Positions 1 to 13,650 of a stretch of DNA of 64,000 nt are shown in pieces. Under the pieces are notes generated by a model. The model was given only the letters and a program-made list of their open reading frames with translations. It ran no database searches and had not been told where the DNA came from. A program made the translations under genes and the position numbers. How positions within the stretch are numbered: the stretch's first letter is position 1; each line of letters starts with the position of its first letter. This DNA is from Mobula hypostoma. Lineage: Eukaryota. The stretch is taken from contig NC_086097.1 in the NCBI RefSeq assembly GCF_963921235.1, forward strand, positions 171,680,001 through 171,744,000, in the 5' to 3' direction.

Positions 1-69
1 GGAAATAATTGTCAACAACCAACATCACACAGAGAAGGAAACACGGTATCTTTACCCAGTCTGTCTTTA

Positions 70-182
70 AGATTCGAAGGTGTTCATTATTGAAGTAGGG
101 TTATGATTGGGCAGGTTGATTGAAGAACCTAATGGTTATAGGAGAGTTAGCTGGTCCTGAGCCTGCATGATGTGGGACCTCA
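70..182 (-). mobile_element. Short decayed 3' fragment of a Rex1/Babar-type LINE
   Basis: Reverse complement resembles the end-of-ORF/3' region of the other Rex1-like copies in the window (for example 8130-8200). Confidence 0.4.
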
Positions 183-1742
183 CATATTTTATAATCACAT
201 ATTCTAGGTTCTCACATAAGCCATAGAAACAATTATTTCATTCTCCTTTAAACTTGTGAAATGGAAATGACATTAAACAATTTTGAATCTTGAAGAGAGA
301 CTGGGTAAAGATACTATGTTTCCTTCTCCATGTGATATTGGTTCCTGACAGTTATTTCCTTCTGCCTTACTATGGTTGCAAGCTTATTCAGAATCCTTTG
401 AGTAGCTAGAATCATTAGTTTCCAAATCCCTCATTCGCTGCACATGCAGGAGATCAAAGGATTGCAACAGTGTTTGTCATGGTTGTTCTCCAGCTCTCTG
501 TCATCATGGATTATCAAGAATAATCATCAACCATTAAGTATATTAGTCATGGAATCAGGGAATCATTACACTGTGAGATTCAAATCCACACTAGTAAGAG
601 CAATCCAATCACTCCTGTTCCCAGTATTCTCCTTGTAGCCCTGAATCTCCCTTTAAATCTCTTCCATATCTCTCTGACTCCCTTTTAAAGACAAAGATTA
701 AATCTATCTCCACCACTCACCCAGGCTATGAAACCCCCAGGTGATTACTGTCAGGGATCTTCACAGCAACTTGGTGACCTACAATCTTTCCAGATTAATA
801 TAATTTCTCTCATTCTTTCCCTTTGATTAATGCCTTTTATGTCGGTCTGTATTTGTGCACCATTTTACTCAAAACCTTTGTCAGCCAGAATGATCTCACG
901 CTCAAAGATAAAGGTCAAAGTCAGAACATTCAGAACGTTCAAATGCTCCATTTCTATGATGCCATTGTATCTTAGCATGGTTTAAATGGCAGCAAATTAC
1001 ATTCTTAATAATCATTCATGCATAGTCACATGCAAAGCAGTTCAGATGGTGATTCAACTCGCTCCCCCTAACACCATACCCAGGCAGGAATCCAGCTCAG
1101 ATCTCCAACAATGGCCTTTTCTTCAAGATGGCATCACTACCCAGAATGGAAATCAAAAACAAAGAGCCAGTTGGAGGTTATCAAGCAGATGGTAAAGTTA
1201 AGTGCAGACACTTAGTTCAATTTTGTTTACAAAGAATGCACCATTCTGAGATGCAATTCAGCTACTGTGTCAGTCAGTTGTGCGGTTAGCTCGCTTGGCC
1301 AATGAATCCTTGGCCCATGCTTCAATACAGTTCAGAGAGAGTGTAACACAGGGTCTGTGAGCCCCATTCAAAAACTACATGCTATTTTTTGTGCTTCCTG
1401 CACACAATCAGATCCTAATGTACTGCAAGATAACGAGCATCCTGATGCATGCATCTTTGCTGTCCAGATGTTCCAGGGTTGAGTGAAGAGCTAGTGAAAT
1501 GGCATCTTCTGTGGACCTGTTGTGCCGGTATGCAAATTGGAGCTAATCCAAGTTGCTTCTCAACCAAGTCGAGTTCCTCACTTGCAGACCGCAGTCAGTC
1601 AGAATGGAAACAACATCTCATCCACAATCTCCATCAGCACAAGTACACCACAAGGCTGTGTGCTTAGCCCCTTGCTCTACTCACTTTATATGTATAACTG
1701 TGAAGCTAACACAGCTTCAATGCTATACTCAAGTTTGCTGCT

Positions 1743-4700
1743 AGTTTTGGTTAACGTCTATGCTCCCAACATGGACTGCCCGAAATTTTACAAATTATTA
1801 TTTAATTTGTTCCCAAATTTGAATGAATTTTCACTAATCTCGGGCAGGGATCTTAATACTTGTTTATCCCCATCTTTGGACCATTCGGCTCCTTTACGGA
1901 TCTTACCCAATAAATCTGCAACCTTGATTAACTCATTCCTTTCAGATTCCAGGTTGACGGACATTTGGCGTTTTTTGCATCCTCAGGAAAAAGATTTTTC
2001 TTTTTTTTCACATGTTCATCGTTCCTATTCAAGAATTGATTATTTTTTTTATTGACTCTCGTCTTATTTTCTCTGAAATTCAGAGTTCAGCAGAGGAGGA
2101 CAAAAGGCTTAATTAGGAAGGGGAAAAAAGATTATGAGAGAAAACTGGCAGGGAACATAAAAACGGACTGTAAAAGCTTTTATAGATATGTAAAAAGGAA
2201 AAGACTGGTAAAGACAAATAAGACAAATGTAGGTCCCCTGCAGACAGAAACAGGTGAATTGATTATGGGGAGCAAGGACATGGCAGACCAATTGAATAAT
2301 TATTTTGGTTCTGTCTTCACTAAGGAGGACATAAATAATCTTCCAGAAATAGTAGGGGACAGAGGGTCCAGTGAGATGGAGGAACTGAGTGAAATACATG
2401 TTAGTAGGGAAGTGGTGTTAGGTAAATTGAAGGGATTGAAGGCAGATAAATCCTCAGGGCCAGATGGTCTGCATCCTAGAGTGCTTAAGGAAGTAGCCCA
2501 AGAAATAGTGGATGCATTAGTGATAATTTTTCAAAACTCTTTACATTCTGGACTAGTTCCTGAGGATTGGAGGGTGGCTAATGTAACTCCACTTTTTAAA
2601 AAAGGAGGGAGAGAGAAACTGGGGAATTATAGACCGGTTAGCCTAACGTCGGTGGTGAGGAAACTGCTGGAGTCAGTTATCAAGGATGTGATAACAGCAC
2701 ATTTGGAAAGCGGTGAAATGATCGGACAAAGTCAGCATGGATTTGTGAAAGGAAAATCATGTCTGACGAATCTCATAGAATTTTTTGAGGATGTAACTAG
2801 TAGATGTGGTATATTTGGATTTTCAAAAGGCTTTTGACAAGGTCCCACACAGGAGATTAGTGTGCAAACTTAAAGCACACGGTATTGGGGGTAAGGTATT
2901 GGTGTGGGTGGAGAATTGGTTGGCAGACAGGAAGCAAAGAGTGGGAATAAACGGGACCTTTTCAGAATGGCAGGCGGTGACTAGTGGGGTACCGCAAGGC
3001 TCAGTGCTGGGACCCCAGTTGTTTACAATATATATTAATGACTTGGATGAGGGAATTAAATGCAGCATCTCCAAGTTTGCGGATGACACAAAGCTGGGCG
3101 GCAGTGTTAGCTGTGAGGAGGATGCTAAGAGGATGCAGGGTGACTTGGATAGGTTGGGTGAGTGGGCAAATTCATGGCAGATGCAATTTAATGTGGATAA
3201 ATGTGAAGTTATCCACTTTGGTGGCAAAAATAGGAAAACAGATTATTATCTGAATGGTGGCCGATTAGGAAAAGGGGAGGTGCAGCGAGACCTGGGTGTC
3301 ATTATACACCAGTCATTGAAAGTGGGCATGCAGGTACAGCAGGCGGTGAAAAAGGCGAATGGTATGCTGGCATTTATAGCGAGAGGATTCGAGTACAGGA
3401 GCAGGGAGGTACTACTGCAGTTGTACAAGGCCTTGGTGAGACCACACCTGGAGTATTGTGTGCAGTTTTGGTCCCCTAATCTGAGGAAAGACATCCTTGC
3501 CATAGAGGGAGTACAAAGAAGGTTCACCAGATTGATTCCTGGGATGGCAGGACTTTCATATGAAGAAAGACTGGATGAACTGGGCTTGTACTCGTTGGAA
3601 TTTAGAAGATTGAGGGGGGATCTGATTGAAACGTATAAGATCCTAAAGGGATTGGACAGGCTAGATGCAGGAAGATTGTTCCCGATGTTGGGGAAGTCCA
3701 GAACGAGGGGCCACAGTTTGAGGATAGAGGGGAAGCCTTTTAGGACCGAGATTAGGAAAAACTTCTTCACACAGAGAGTGGTGAATCTGTGGAATTCTCT
3801 GCCACAGGAAACAGTTGAGGCCAGTTCATTGGCTATATTTAAGAGGGAGTTAGATATGGCCCTTGTGGCTATGGGGGTCAGGGGGTATGGAGGGAAGGCT
3901 GGGGCGGGGTTCTGAGTTGGATGATCAGCCATGATCATAATAAATGGCGGTGCAGGCTCGAAGGGACGAATGGCCTACTCCTGCACCTATTTTCTATGTT
4001 TCTATGTTTCTTCAGTGGTTAAATGTGAATATGACTCTATAACGATTTCGGATCGTGCTCCATTTAAGCTTTCTATTAAAATACTGGCCAATACACAAAA
4101 TAATAGACAATGGCATTTTAATTCACTGTTGCTTCAGGACTCGGATTTTGTTAACTTTATGAATGAACAGATTGATCTCTTTTTTACAATCAACTATACA
4201 GAAGATATTTCTTTGAACATCCTTTGGGATACTTTTAAAGCTTATATTCCTGGTGAGATCATCTCATACTCTGCTGCTTTGAGGAAGAGGTTGAAGGACG
4301 AGGAGCTGGTTATTGTGGACAAGATTAAGGAAATTGATAAGAAGTATGCTACAGCTCCCTCTGAGAAGTTGTATAAACAAAGAACTGAACTTCAAATGGA
4401 ACACAGTTTATTACTTTCATCCTCGATTGCAAATCAATTAATGAAAACAAGAAGCGAATTTTATATACATAGTGACAAAGTTGGTAAACTGTTGGCTAAT
4501 CAGTTGAAGACTAACTATACTAAATTTCAAATTAATCAGATTTATAATCAAAAAGATCAACTGATATTTGATCAAGCTGAAAATCAATCCTTTTTTGATT
4601 TTTATTCCTCCCTATATCAATCAGAGTTTCCACGAGACTCTAAATATATGTATGTCTTTTTAGATAACCTCGATTTCCCTAAGATTTCACATGATGTATC

Positions 4701-7515
4701 TTCTATGCCAGACACTTCTTTTACCACTGATGAGATTAAGAATGTTATTTTCTCTATGAGCCCGGGGAAAGCTCCTGGTCCTGATGGGTTTACTGCGGAA
4801 TTCTATAAATTTTTTGCATCTTCAATTGGTTCCCTTGGTTACTCAGGGTTCTGGAGGCCTCATTAAAACTTGGTAAACTTCCCGAATCCTTCTATAGAGC
4901 ATCGATCTCTTTAATATTAAAGAAGGATAAAGATCCTGCTCAATGCGCATCTTATAGACCAATATCCTTATTAAATGTTGACTCTAAAATTTTTTCTAAA
5001 TTATTAGCAAACAGATTAGAAAAAGCACTTCCTTATATTATTTTGGAAGACCAAACGGGTTTTATTAAAGGTCGCTACTCTTTTTATAACATTCGCACAC
5101 TGTTAAACATTGTTTATACCCCCTCACAAAATGATCCTGAGTGCGTCATTTCCTTAGACCCTGAAAAGGCCTTTGACAGAGTTGAATGGCCTTACTTATT
5201 TAAGGTGCTTGAAATGTTTAATTTCAGCCCAAAATTTATATCCTGGATCAAACTGTTATATCATTCTCCTATGGCCTCAGTTCGTACTAACTCTTTAAAC
5301 TCACCTTTTTTCCCTCTTTTTTGAGGTACCAGACAAGGTTGTCCTCTTAGTCCTTTATTATTTGATATTGCATTAGAACCTCTTGCAATTGCTATTCGAG
5401 AATCTCCAAATATTATTGGGATAACTCGGGGTTTAAAGTCCCATAAAGTATCACTCTATGCTGATGACTTACTTTTATATATTTCTAATCCTCAAAAATC
5501 TATCCCTGCTGCTTTAGATTTATTAGCACAATTTAGTCTTTTTTCAGGTTATAAGCTAAATCTCAGTAAGAGTGAACTTTTCCCGATTAATAAGCAAGTT
5601 CCCTTATATCAGAATCTCCCGTTTAAATTGGTTAATAATCATTTATCATATCTTGGGATTAAAATTACCTGTAAACATAAAGATTTATTTAAGACTAATT
5701 TCCTACCCTTAATTGATCGCATTACTCAACTTTCATTTAAATGGTCTCTATTTTATTTAACTTTGATTGGTCGTATTAATGCTGTTAAGATGTTTATTCT
5801 GCCAAAATTTTTATGTGTATTTCAGGCATTACCGATTTTTGTTCCAAAATCTTTTTTTGACAAAGTTGACTCTAAAATTTCTTCATTTATTTGGCAAAAT
5901 AAAAACCCGAGATTGGGTAAAATACGTCTACAGAAAGCTAAGAGAGATGGAGGCTTGGCATTACCTAACTTTAGATTCTATTATTGGGCAATTAATATTC
6001 CACACATGAAATTTTGGTTACTTGATCAAGATACACTATCCATTCCTAAATGGGTAGTATTGGAATTACAATCTGCTCAAGGTTATGCACTTGGCTCCAT
6101 TTTAGGTTCTTCTCTTCCTTTCGATTTGAAACGCCACAAACAGGTTTGTAATCTGATAGTTAAATATACCTTACGTATTTGGTTTCAATTCCGAAAATTT
6201 TTCGATCTTAATCAATTTGGGCTTGCGATTCCTATTTTAGGCAACATATTCTTTCCTCCCTCTTCCATGGACCGTGCCTTTCAAATTTGGAAGACTAATG
6301 GTATTTCATGGTTTTTGGATTTATTTTTAGATGGTTCCCTTATGTCTTTCGAACAATTGTCTAACAAATATAACTTACCAAGAATACATTCTTTTAGATA
6401 TCTCCAAGTTAGAAATTTCCTAAGTACTATACTCTCTTCCTTTCCGACGCTACCTCCTACATATACTTTAGATACTATAATTAACCTTAATCCATGTCAG
6501 AAAGGTGTAACGGCTATTATTTATAATACTATTATGAAACTTAGGAAAGCTCCATTCGATAAGAGTAGGTCAGATTGGGAAAAGAAATTGGGCGGATGAC
6601 TGGGCGCATATTTTACAACTAGTCAATACTTCCTCTATTTGTTCTAAACACTCCCTAATTCAATTTAAAGTTGTCCATAGAGCACATCATGTCTAAAGAT
6701 AAATTAGCTCGTTTTTATTCTCATATTAACCCTCTTTGTGACAGATGTCATGGGGAGATAGCTTCCTTAACTCATATGTTTTGGTCCTGTCCTACTTTGG
6801 AAACTTTTTGGAAAGACATTTTTAATATTATTTCAAAGGTATTGAATATAGATATTTCTCCCCATCCTATTACTGCTATCTTTGGATTACCTAAAATTTC
6901 CAGTAATCTTTCCCCTTCAGCCCGTAGAATGATTGCATTTCTTACTATAATGGCGAAAAGATGTATTTTACAACATTGGAAGGAGATTAATGCTCTAACT
7001 ACATTCTTTTGGTTTTCCCAGACGATACTATGTTTAAATTTGGAGAAAATTAGAAGTAATCTTTATGATTCTTCAGTTAAATTTGAACAGACCTGGAGAT
7101 CTTTTATTCAACATCTTCATTTAATGTAACTTTTTTTCTCTCTCTGTCTATATTTACATTCTCTTCTTGCTTTTTAACTGTTTTTAATGGAGGTCGGATT
7201 TGAGGACATGATTGTTTTAAGTTGTTTAACTCTACTTGATACCTAGTTAGCCCATTTCTTTGCTTTGCTTTTTAGATTAGTTGCACGGTGGGGGTTTTTT
7301 TGGGTTTTTTTTTTGTTTTTTTTTCTTTTCCTTATTGACATGTATGAAAATTAGTATACTATTATATTACCTTGTTATTTTATATCTAAACTGCACTGTT
7401 TGTACTAACTTCTTTTTGTGTATTAATATCTCTTGTAAAGTTATATTGCAGCAGTGTATTAGTGCCTACATGGTTTACCTTCTGTGTACTAATTCATTAA
7501 AAAGATTTAAAAAGA
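1743..7515 (+). mobile_element. 5'-truncated L1-clade LINE (ORF2 endonuclease-RT-CCHC, frameshifted), with a nested CR1
   Basis: APE motifs LVNVYAPN, SRIDYF and SD(H/R)AP; KAPGPDGF; YRPISLLNVD; D(A/P)EKAFDRVEW; YADD at ~5457; C-terminal CDRC-x8-H-x4-C. T-rich 3'UTR and A-rich tail. 12-bp TSD AAGTTTGCTGCT at 1731-1742 and 7516-7527. Confidence 0.92.
2071..4010 (+). mobile_element. Young 5'-truncated CR1 LINE (ORF2 RT) nested in the L1
   Basis: ORFs 2052-2837 and 2806-3915 carry GPDGLHP, NYRPVSLTS, DFQKAFD, GVPQGSVLGP and KFADD. One deletion-frameshift near 2803. Tail is (TTTCTATG)n. The L1 endonuclease frame resumes at 4011. Confidence 0.95.
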
Positions 7516-8679
7516 AAGTTTGCTGCTGACACCATTGTCATTGGCCAAATTAAAAGTGGTGATAACTCAGCAAATAGGAGGGAAATTGAAAATCTGGCTG
7601 GGTGGTACCTCAACTACCTTTCACTCAATGTCAGCAAGGCTGAAGAGCTGATTACTGACTTCAGGAGGAGGAAACCAGAGGTTGATGAGCCAATGTTCAT
7701 TGGGGGATCAGAGATGGAGAAGGTTAGCAGTGTAATGATCAACTATAAATTCCTCAGTGTTATCACTTCAGAGGATTTGTCCTAGACCCAGCACATAAAT
7801 GCAATTATAAAGAGAACACATCACCTCCTCTACTTCCTTAGGTGTTTGTGATGATTCAGCATGACACGTAAGACTTTAACACACTTCTATAGATGTGTGG
7901 TGAACTGTATATTGACCAGTTGCATCACAGACAGGTATAGAAACACAAAGCCCTTGAATGGAATATTCTACAAAAAGTAGTGGATACAGCCCAGTCCTTC
8001 ATGGGTAAAGCCCTCCCCACCATTGAGCACAGCAACATACAGCGCTGACACAGGAAAATAGCATTCATCATCATGGACCTCCACCACCTAGGCCATAATC
8101 TCTTCTCGCTGCTGCAATCAAGAAGAATGTATGGGAGCCTCGAGATCCACATCACCAGATTCAGTAGTAGTTATTAACCCTCAACCATCAGGCTCATGAA
8201 CCAGAGGGGATATCACTCTGCTTCACTCGTTCCATCAACGATCATTCCCACAACCTATAGACTCACATTCAAGGACTCTTCATTTCATGTTTTCGATATT
8301 TATTGATTGTTATTATTTATCTTCCTCTTTTGTATTTGGACAGATTGTTGTCTTTTGCACAATCATTGATTGTCCCTCATGTTGGGTGCGGTCTTTCATT
8401 GATTCTATTGTGTTTCTTGGAGTTACTGTATATGCTGGCAAGAAAATGAATCTCAGATTGTTTATGGTGACATATATGTACTTTGATAATAAATTTACTT
8501 TGAACTTTGAAGGTGTTGAACTACATTCTCATTACCACCATCAGGGAGAAGGTACAGGAACCTGAAGACACGCACTCAATGTTTTAGGAACAGCTTCCTC
8601 CTCTCCACCATCAGATTTCTGAATGATTCCTGCACTTATGAATACTACCTTGCTATTTTACTTTTTGCTACTCATGCCA

Positions 8680-8845
8680 CATGTTAGTGAGTCCAGAACC
8701 AGGAAGATCATATAGTTTGATACGTGGCTAAGGAGTAGGTGCGAGAAGGAGGGCAGAAGATTTTTGGATGACTGGGCTCTCTTCCAGGGAAGGAGGAACC
8801 TGTACAGAAGGGATGGTTTGCACCTGAACAGGAAGGGTTCTGAAA
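8680..8845 (+). mobile_element. CR1 ORF1 esterase (SGNH) fragment
   Basis: WALFQGRRNLYRRDGLHLN matches the CR1 ORF1 DGLHL motif; the same motif occurs on the minus strand at ~45300. Confidence 0.65.
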
Positions 8846-9616
8846 ATCCATGTACACATCAACCGATTCTCCTTTGTCTATCCCGCTTCAAAGAATTCCA
8901 ACAGATTCATCAGGCAAGATTTTCCCTTGAGGAAACCATGCTGACTAAGCAATAAAGTGATATTGATAGGTGTATGCAGGTCCGGTGCAGGTCGATGGGA
9001 GTAAGCAGTTTAAATGCTTTCAGCATGGACTAGGTGAGCTGAAGGGCCTGTTTCTGTGCTGTATGTCTCTTTACGTCAGTGATAGTAAACCTTATTCTGA
9101 CAAAATGTTTCACTTCATTTAAATAATAATTTGTTTTATCATTCTTCCTTCCAAAGTGGCTAACCTCATACTGTCCCACATCATACTTCATCTGCCAGCT
9201 TCTTGCCTACTCATGTCACCCATGTGAAACCTTTGTAGGCTTTGTGTTCACTCAACCTTCTCATGCTCTTCCGCAATGTGTTACGTCTAGACATTTTGCT
9301 CCGGTCAGCAGGCCCCGATGAAGAGATCTCATAGATTACTATAGTCATATAGCACAGAAACGTTATATCTGTCCCGACCATCAACCATCCCTTTACACCA
9401 ACCACACATTATTTTCGGTTTATTGCATCCAGGTTAAAACCAACTAACCCCAATACCTCATCAAATTCCACCACTTACCTATATTTGAAGTTGTTCAGCA
9501 TGGAAACAGGCCGTTCGGCCCGACTCATCCAAGCTGACCCAGGGTTCTCCCTGACCTGGTCTTATTTGCCTGTATTTGACCCATATCCAAATGTCTTATC
9601 TACTACACCCCTCATG

Positions 9617-9936
9617 TGTTACAAGCCACACCCAACTGCACTAGCTCCCGGCGTTTAGATGCTCTAACTCTCTGGAGTATGGATAGTTAGTGCGGCCCCT
9701 TTGAGTGTTCAGGACCATCCTACTAATAGGCAATCACATTTTGGCACCAAGAATTCAGTATTTAAAGAGCACCTGAAGGGAGCCTTGGTGCTCAATTGTA
9801 AGCTCATCAAGAGATGTCATTTAATATTTTGTTTTGTGATCATTTCTCATTCTAGTTTTAAGGACCACGCTCGATCCTTGCCTCGGATACTCCAGCATTT
9901 GGGTCATAGCCATTCTCGTCCAGGCCTCTCCTCACA
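9617..9936 (+). mobile_element. Solo LTR (320 bp) inserted in an old minus-strand CR1
   Basis: TG...CA ends (TGTTAC...CTCACA). 5-bp TSD TCATG at 9612-9616 and 9937-9941. TATA-like TATTTAAA at ~9759. The flanks rejoin as CR1 sequence. Confidence 0.7.
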
Positions 9937-10012
9937 TCATGATTTTGTACACCTCTACGATGTCACCTCTCAGCCTTCTTCCTTCAAGGGAAAACAGCCC
10001 CAACCTTTTCAG

Positions 10013-12068
10013 GCAACACACACAAAATGCTGGAGGAACTCAGCAGGCCTAGCAGCATTGATGAAAAAGAGTACAGTTGACATTTCAGGCCAAGACCCTT
10101 CAGCAGGACTAGAGAGAAAAAAAGATGAGTAGATTTAAAGGGTGGGGGAGGGGAGACAGAAACACAAGATGTTACGTGAAACTGGGAGGGGAAGGGGTGA
10201 ATGAAGTAAAAAGCTGGGAAATTGATTGATGAAAGGGATACATGGCTGGAGAAGGAGAAATCTAATAGGAGAGGACAGAAGGTCATGAAAGAAAGAAAAC
10301 CAGAGAGAAATGATGGGCATGCAAGGAGATAAGGTGAGAGAGGGAAAAGGAGATGGGGAATGGGGAAGGGGGGTGCCATTACCGGAAGTTGGAGAAATCA
10401 ATTTTCATGTCATTAGGTTGGAGGCACCCAGATGGAGTATAAGGTGTTGTTCCTCCAACCTGATTGTGGCCTCATCACGAAAGTAAGTTGAGGAGGCCAT
10501 GGGTATATACGTCGGAATGGGAATGGGAAGTGGTGTGGTAGAGGGAGGCGAGCATCTTTCTTTGAAGGAGGACATCTCCTTTGTTCTGCAATGAAAGCCT
10601 TATCCTGAGAATGTAAGTGGCGGAGATGGAGGAACTGAGAGAAGGGGATGGCATTTTTACAAGTAACAGGGTGGGAAGAGGTATAGCCCAGGTAGCTGTG
10701 AGAGTCCATGGGTTAATAATAGATATTAGTAGATAAGCTGTCTCCAGAGATAGAGACAGAGAGGTTGAGAAGGGGGAGGGAGATGTCAGAAACGGACCAG
10801 GTAAATTTGAGGGCATGGTGGAAGTTCGAAGTGAAGCTGATGAAGTTGACAAGTTCTGCATGGGTGCAGGAAGCAGCACAATGCAGTCATCAATGTAGCA
10901 TAGAAAAAGTGGGGGATGGCCACCAGTGTAGGCTTGGAACATAGACTGTTCCACATAGCCGACAAAAAGGCAGGCATAGCTGTGACCCATGCGAGAGCTC
11001 AAGGCTACATCTTTTGTTTGAAGGAAGTGGGAGGAACCAAAGGAGAAATTATTAAGAATGAGGACAAGTTCTGCTAGACGGAGGACAGTGGTGGTGGAGG
11101 AGATCTGGTTAAGTCTGGTGTCCAGAAAGAAATGGAGAGCTCTGAAGCCTACTTGGTGGGAGATGGAGGTGTATAGGAACTGGACATCCATAGTAAAATA
11201 AGATGATAGAGGCCAGGGAACTTAAAATCATTGAAAAGATCCAGAGTGTGTGAAGTGTCACGGATGTAGGTAGGAAGGGACTGAACTGTGGGGGGGGAAT
11301 CAAACAGAGCTGAGGTATGCAGATATGAGTTCAGTGCGGAAGAACAAGCTGAAACAATGGGTCTACCTGGACAAGCAGGTTTATGGATCTTGAGTAAGAG
11401 GTAGAAACTGGAGATGCGGGATGCAGGAACTATGAGATTGCTGGCATTGGATGGGAGATCCCCAGAGCTAATAAGGTCAGTGATGGTGTGGGAGACAATA
11501 GTCTGGTGCTTCTTAGTAGGATTCTGTTTGAGGGGTAAGTAAGAGGAGTTGTCTGAGAGTTGTCACTGTGCCTCAGCAAGGTAGGGGTCAGTATACCAGA
11601 CTACACAAAATGCTGGAGGAATTCAGCAGGCCAGACAGATCCATGGAAAAGAGTAAAGTCGATGTTAATGGCCTACCCTCTCTCCTTCATCATACCCCAT
11701 CTCCTTTTCCCTCTCTCACCTTATCTCTTTGCCTGCCCTCTTATGCTCCTCCCCCATTTTCTTTCTTCCATGGCCCTCTGTCCTCTCCTATTAGATTTAC
11801 CCTTCTCCAGCTCTTTATCTCTTTCATCAATCGACTTCCCAGCTCTTTATTTCACCCCTCCCCCTCCCAGTTTCACCTATCACCTTGTGTTTTTCCCACC
11901 CCTCCCCCTGCCTCTTAAATCCACTCCTCACCTTTTGTTCTTCAGTCCAGCCGATGGGTCTCAGCTTGAAACGTCTCTTTTCCATAGATGCTGTCTGCCC
12001 TGCTGAGTTCCTCCAGCATTTTGAGTATTTTACTTGGATTTTCAGCACCTGCAGATTTTCTCTTGTTT
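10013..12068 (-). mobile_element. Decayed Penelope-like element (RT fragment) with inverted pseudo-LTR arm
   Basis: ORF 10475-11191 has MDVQFLYTSI and RMGHSYACLFVG..YIDD. pLTR sequence on the minus strand at 10013-10400 and on the plus strand at ~11675-12068. Imperfect ~14-bp TSD (CCCAAC/ACTT/ATTC) at ~9999 and ~12069, inside a CR1. Confidence 0.85.
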
Positions 12069-12806
12069 CCCAAACTATTCTGCCTCTCTTTATCTCCTGT
12101 CCTGTCAACACCCTGGTGAATGTTTTCTGCATCCTCACTAGCTTCAGCAGATCCATTCTGTAGTGTGCTGAACAGAACTGTGCACAATATTCCATATGCA
12201 GATTCACCAACACTTTGTACAGTCGTAAGATGACACCTCAACTCCTGTACTTATTGCAGTGCTCTGACCAAAGAGGGCAAGCCTGTCAAACGTCTTCTTC
12301 ACTACCTTGCATACCTATGTCTCCACTTATAGCGAAGCATGCACTTGAATCCAAGAACTCTCTGTTCTACAGCACAGTCCTGGGGCCTGGCCTAGTTTAA
12401 CATACCAACAGGCAACAATTTGCAGTTTTCTGAGTTAAATTCTATTTGTCATTCCTTGATCTACTTTCCTCGTTAATCAAGATCCTGCTGTAATCTTATC
12501 TAGCCTTATTTGCTACTCAATGCTCTGGTCAATGAAGCCAAGTGTTCCAGCTGTGGTCTCATTAAAGTCAGACTGCATCAAAACTTCCCTGCTTTTTACT
12601 TCATGCATCTTATGGCAGAGGCCTGGAAAGCTCGATGCAAATTTGGAAAGACCTATACATTTTGGAAAAACTCTACACAAATGCAAACTTTTCTTCTCTC
12701 ATTTATAAACTGCTTGGTACTCTCAGGAAGCCCAATGTGGTGAAAAGTTGAAAAGACCAGCCTTGGTGGCAGCATTATAGAGTCAAACAACATGGAAAAA
12801 GGCTTT

Positions 12807-13052
12807 GGCCCATGGTGTGTATGTGGTCAAGAAATGCATTCTACACTAATTCCAGTTTCAGTACTCGACCAAGGGTATGAATGTGGTCATGAAGTGCATT
12901 CTACACAAATATGAGTTTCAATGCTGGCCCATGGTGTGTATGAGGCCGTGAAGTGCAGTCTATATGAATTCCAGTTTCAGTACTTGGCCCATGGTGTGTA
13001 TGTGGTCATGAAGTGCATTCTACACTAATTCCACTTTCAATGCTTGGCCCAT
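12807..13052. repeat. Minisatellite of four ~60-bp units within a minus-strand CR1 3' region
   Basis: Units start at 12807, 12867, 12926 and 12986 (GGCCCATGGTGTGTATGTGGTCATGAAGTGCATTCTACACTAATTCCAGTTTCA...). Confidence 0.9.
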
Positions 13053-13650
13053 GTCTTCTATACCATGATGGTTTAAATGTTCATCTAATTATTTCTTACA
13101 TACTGTGAGAATACATGCCTGTGTCACTGTTCAAGTATTTTCAACACTGTTCTATGTGGGAGAAACAATCTTCAAATCCCATTGGAGTCTCCAATCCCTT
13201 ATCTCAGGTCTTTGTCCTCTAGTTGCAGACACTTCTGCTGGGGAAAGGTTTCTCACCATCAAGCTGTGCTTCTCATAACTTTATATATCTCAGTCAAAAT
13301 TCCCATACCCTTCTCTGCTTAACAAAAACAAACCCAGCTTTTCCTTATAATCAAAACATCCTATCCCAGGGAGTGCCCTTGTGAATCTGCTCTCTACTCT
13401 CTCCAGTGTGTAAAGACCAGAACAGAACACAATATTCCAGCTGTAGCCTAGCCAATGTTTTATATATAGTTATTCCATACCCTGTCTGCTCTTGTCGTCT
13501 ACATTTGACAAATGAAGACAAGTACCCTGCATGCCTTCTTAACTGTCTATCTACCTTTGCTACCACCATCAAGGATCCAATATTTCTCTTTTCCTCAGTT
13601 TTTTCTACATTGTACCCCATCAAACACATTACAGCTCTTCCTTCACAGTA

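Larger units (their letters stand above)
1560..8511 (+). mobile_element. Rex1/Babar-clade LINE (RT to 3' tail), split into 1560-1742 and 7516-8511 by an L1 insertion
   Basis: PQGCVLSPLLYSLY motif at ~1650-1690. RT resumes at 7516 (KFAADT, then LSLNVSK..ELITDFRR, KFLSVITSEDL). 3' end is AATAAA followed by a (TTTGAAC)n-like tail at ~8488-8511. Confidence 0.8.

Noticed and set aside
1522..2055. 177-aa ORF, and ORF 3931-4866, as novel genes
   Set aside because: Chance in-frame fusions across TE junctions (Rex1/L1 and CR1/L1).
2823..3938. Long minus-strand ORFs (134 aa and 230 aa)
   Set aside because: Antisense shadows of the CR1 ORF2. The same applies to antisense ORFs over the Gypsy and PLE copies.
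12807..13052. CRISPR-like array (also 33939-34270)
   Set aside because: Units are fully tandem with no unique spacers, no cas genes are present, and the context is eukaryotic TE sequence.
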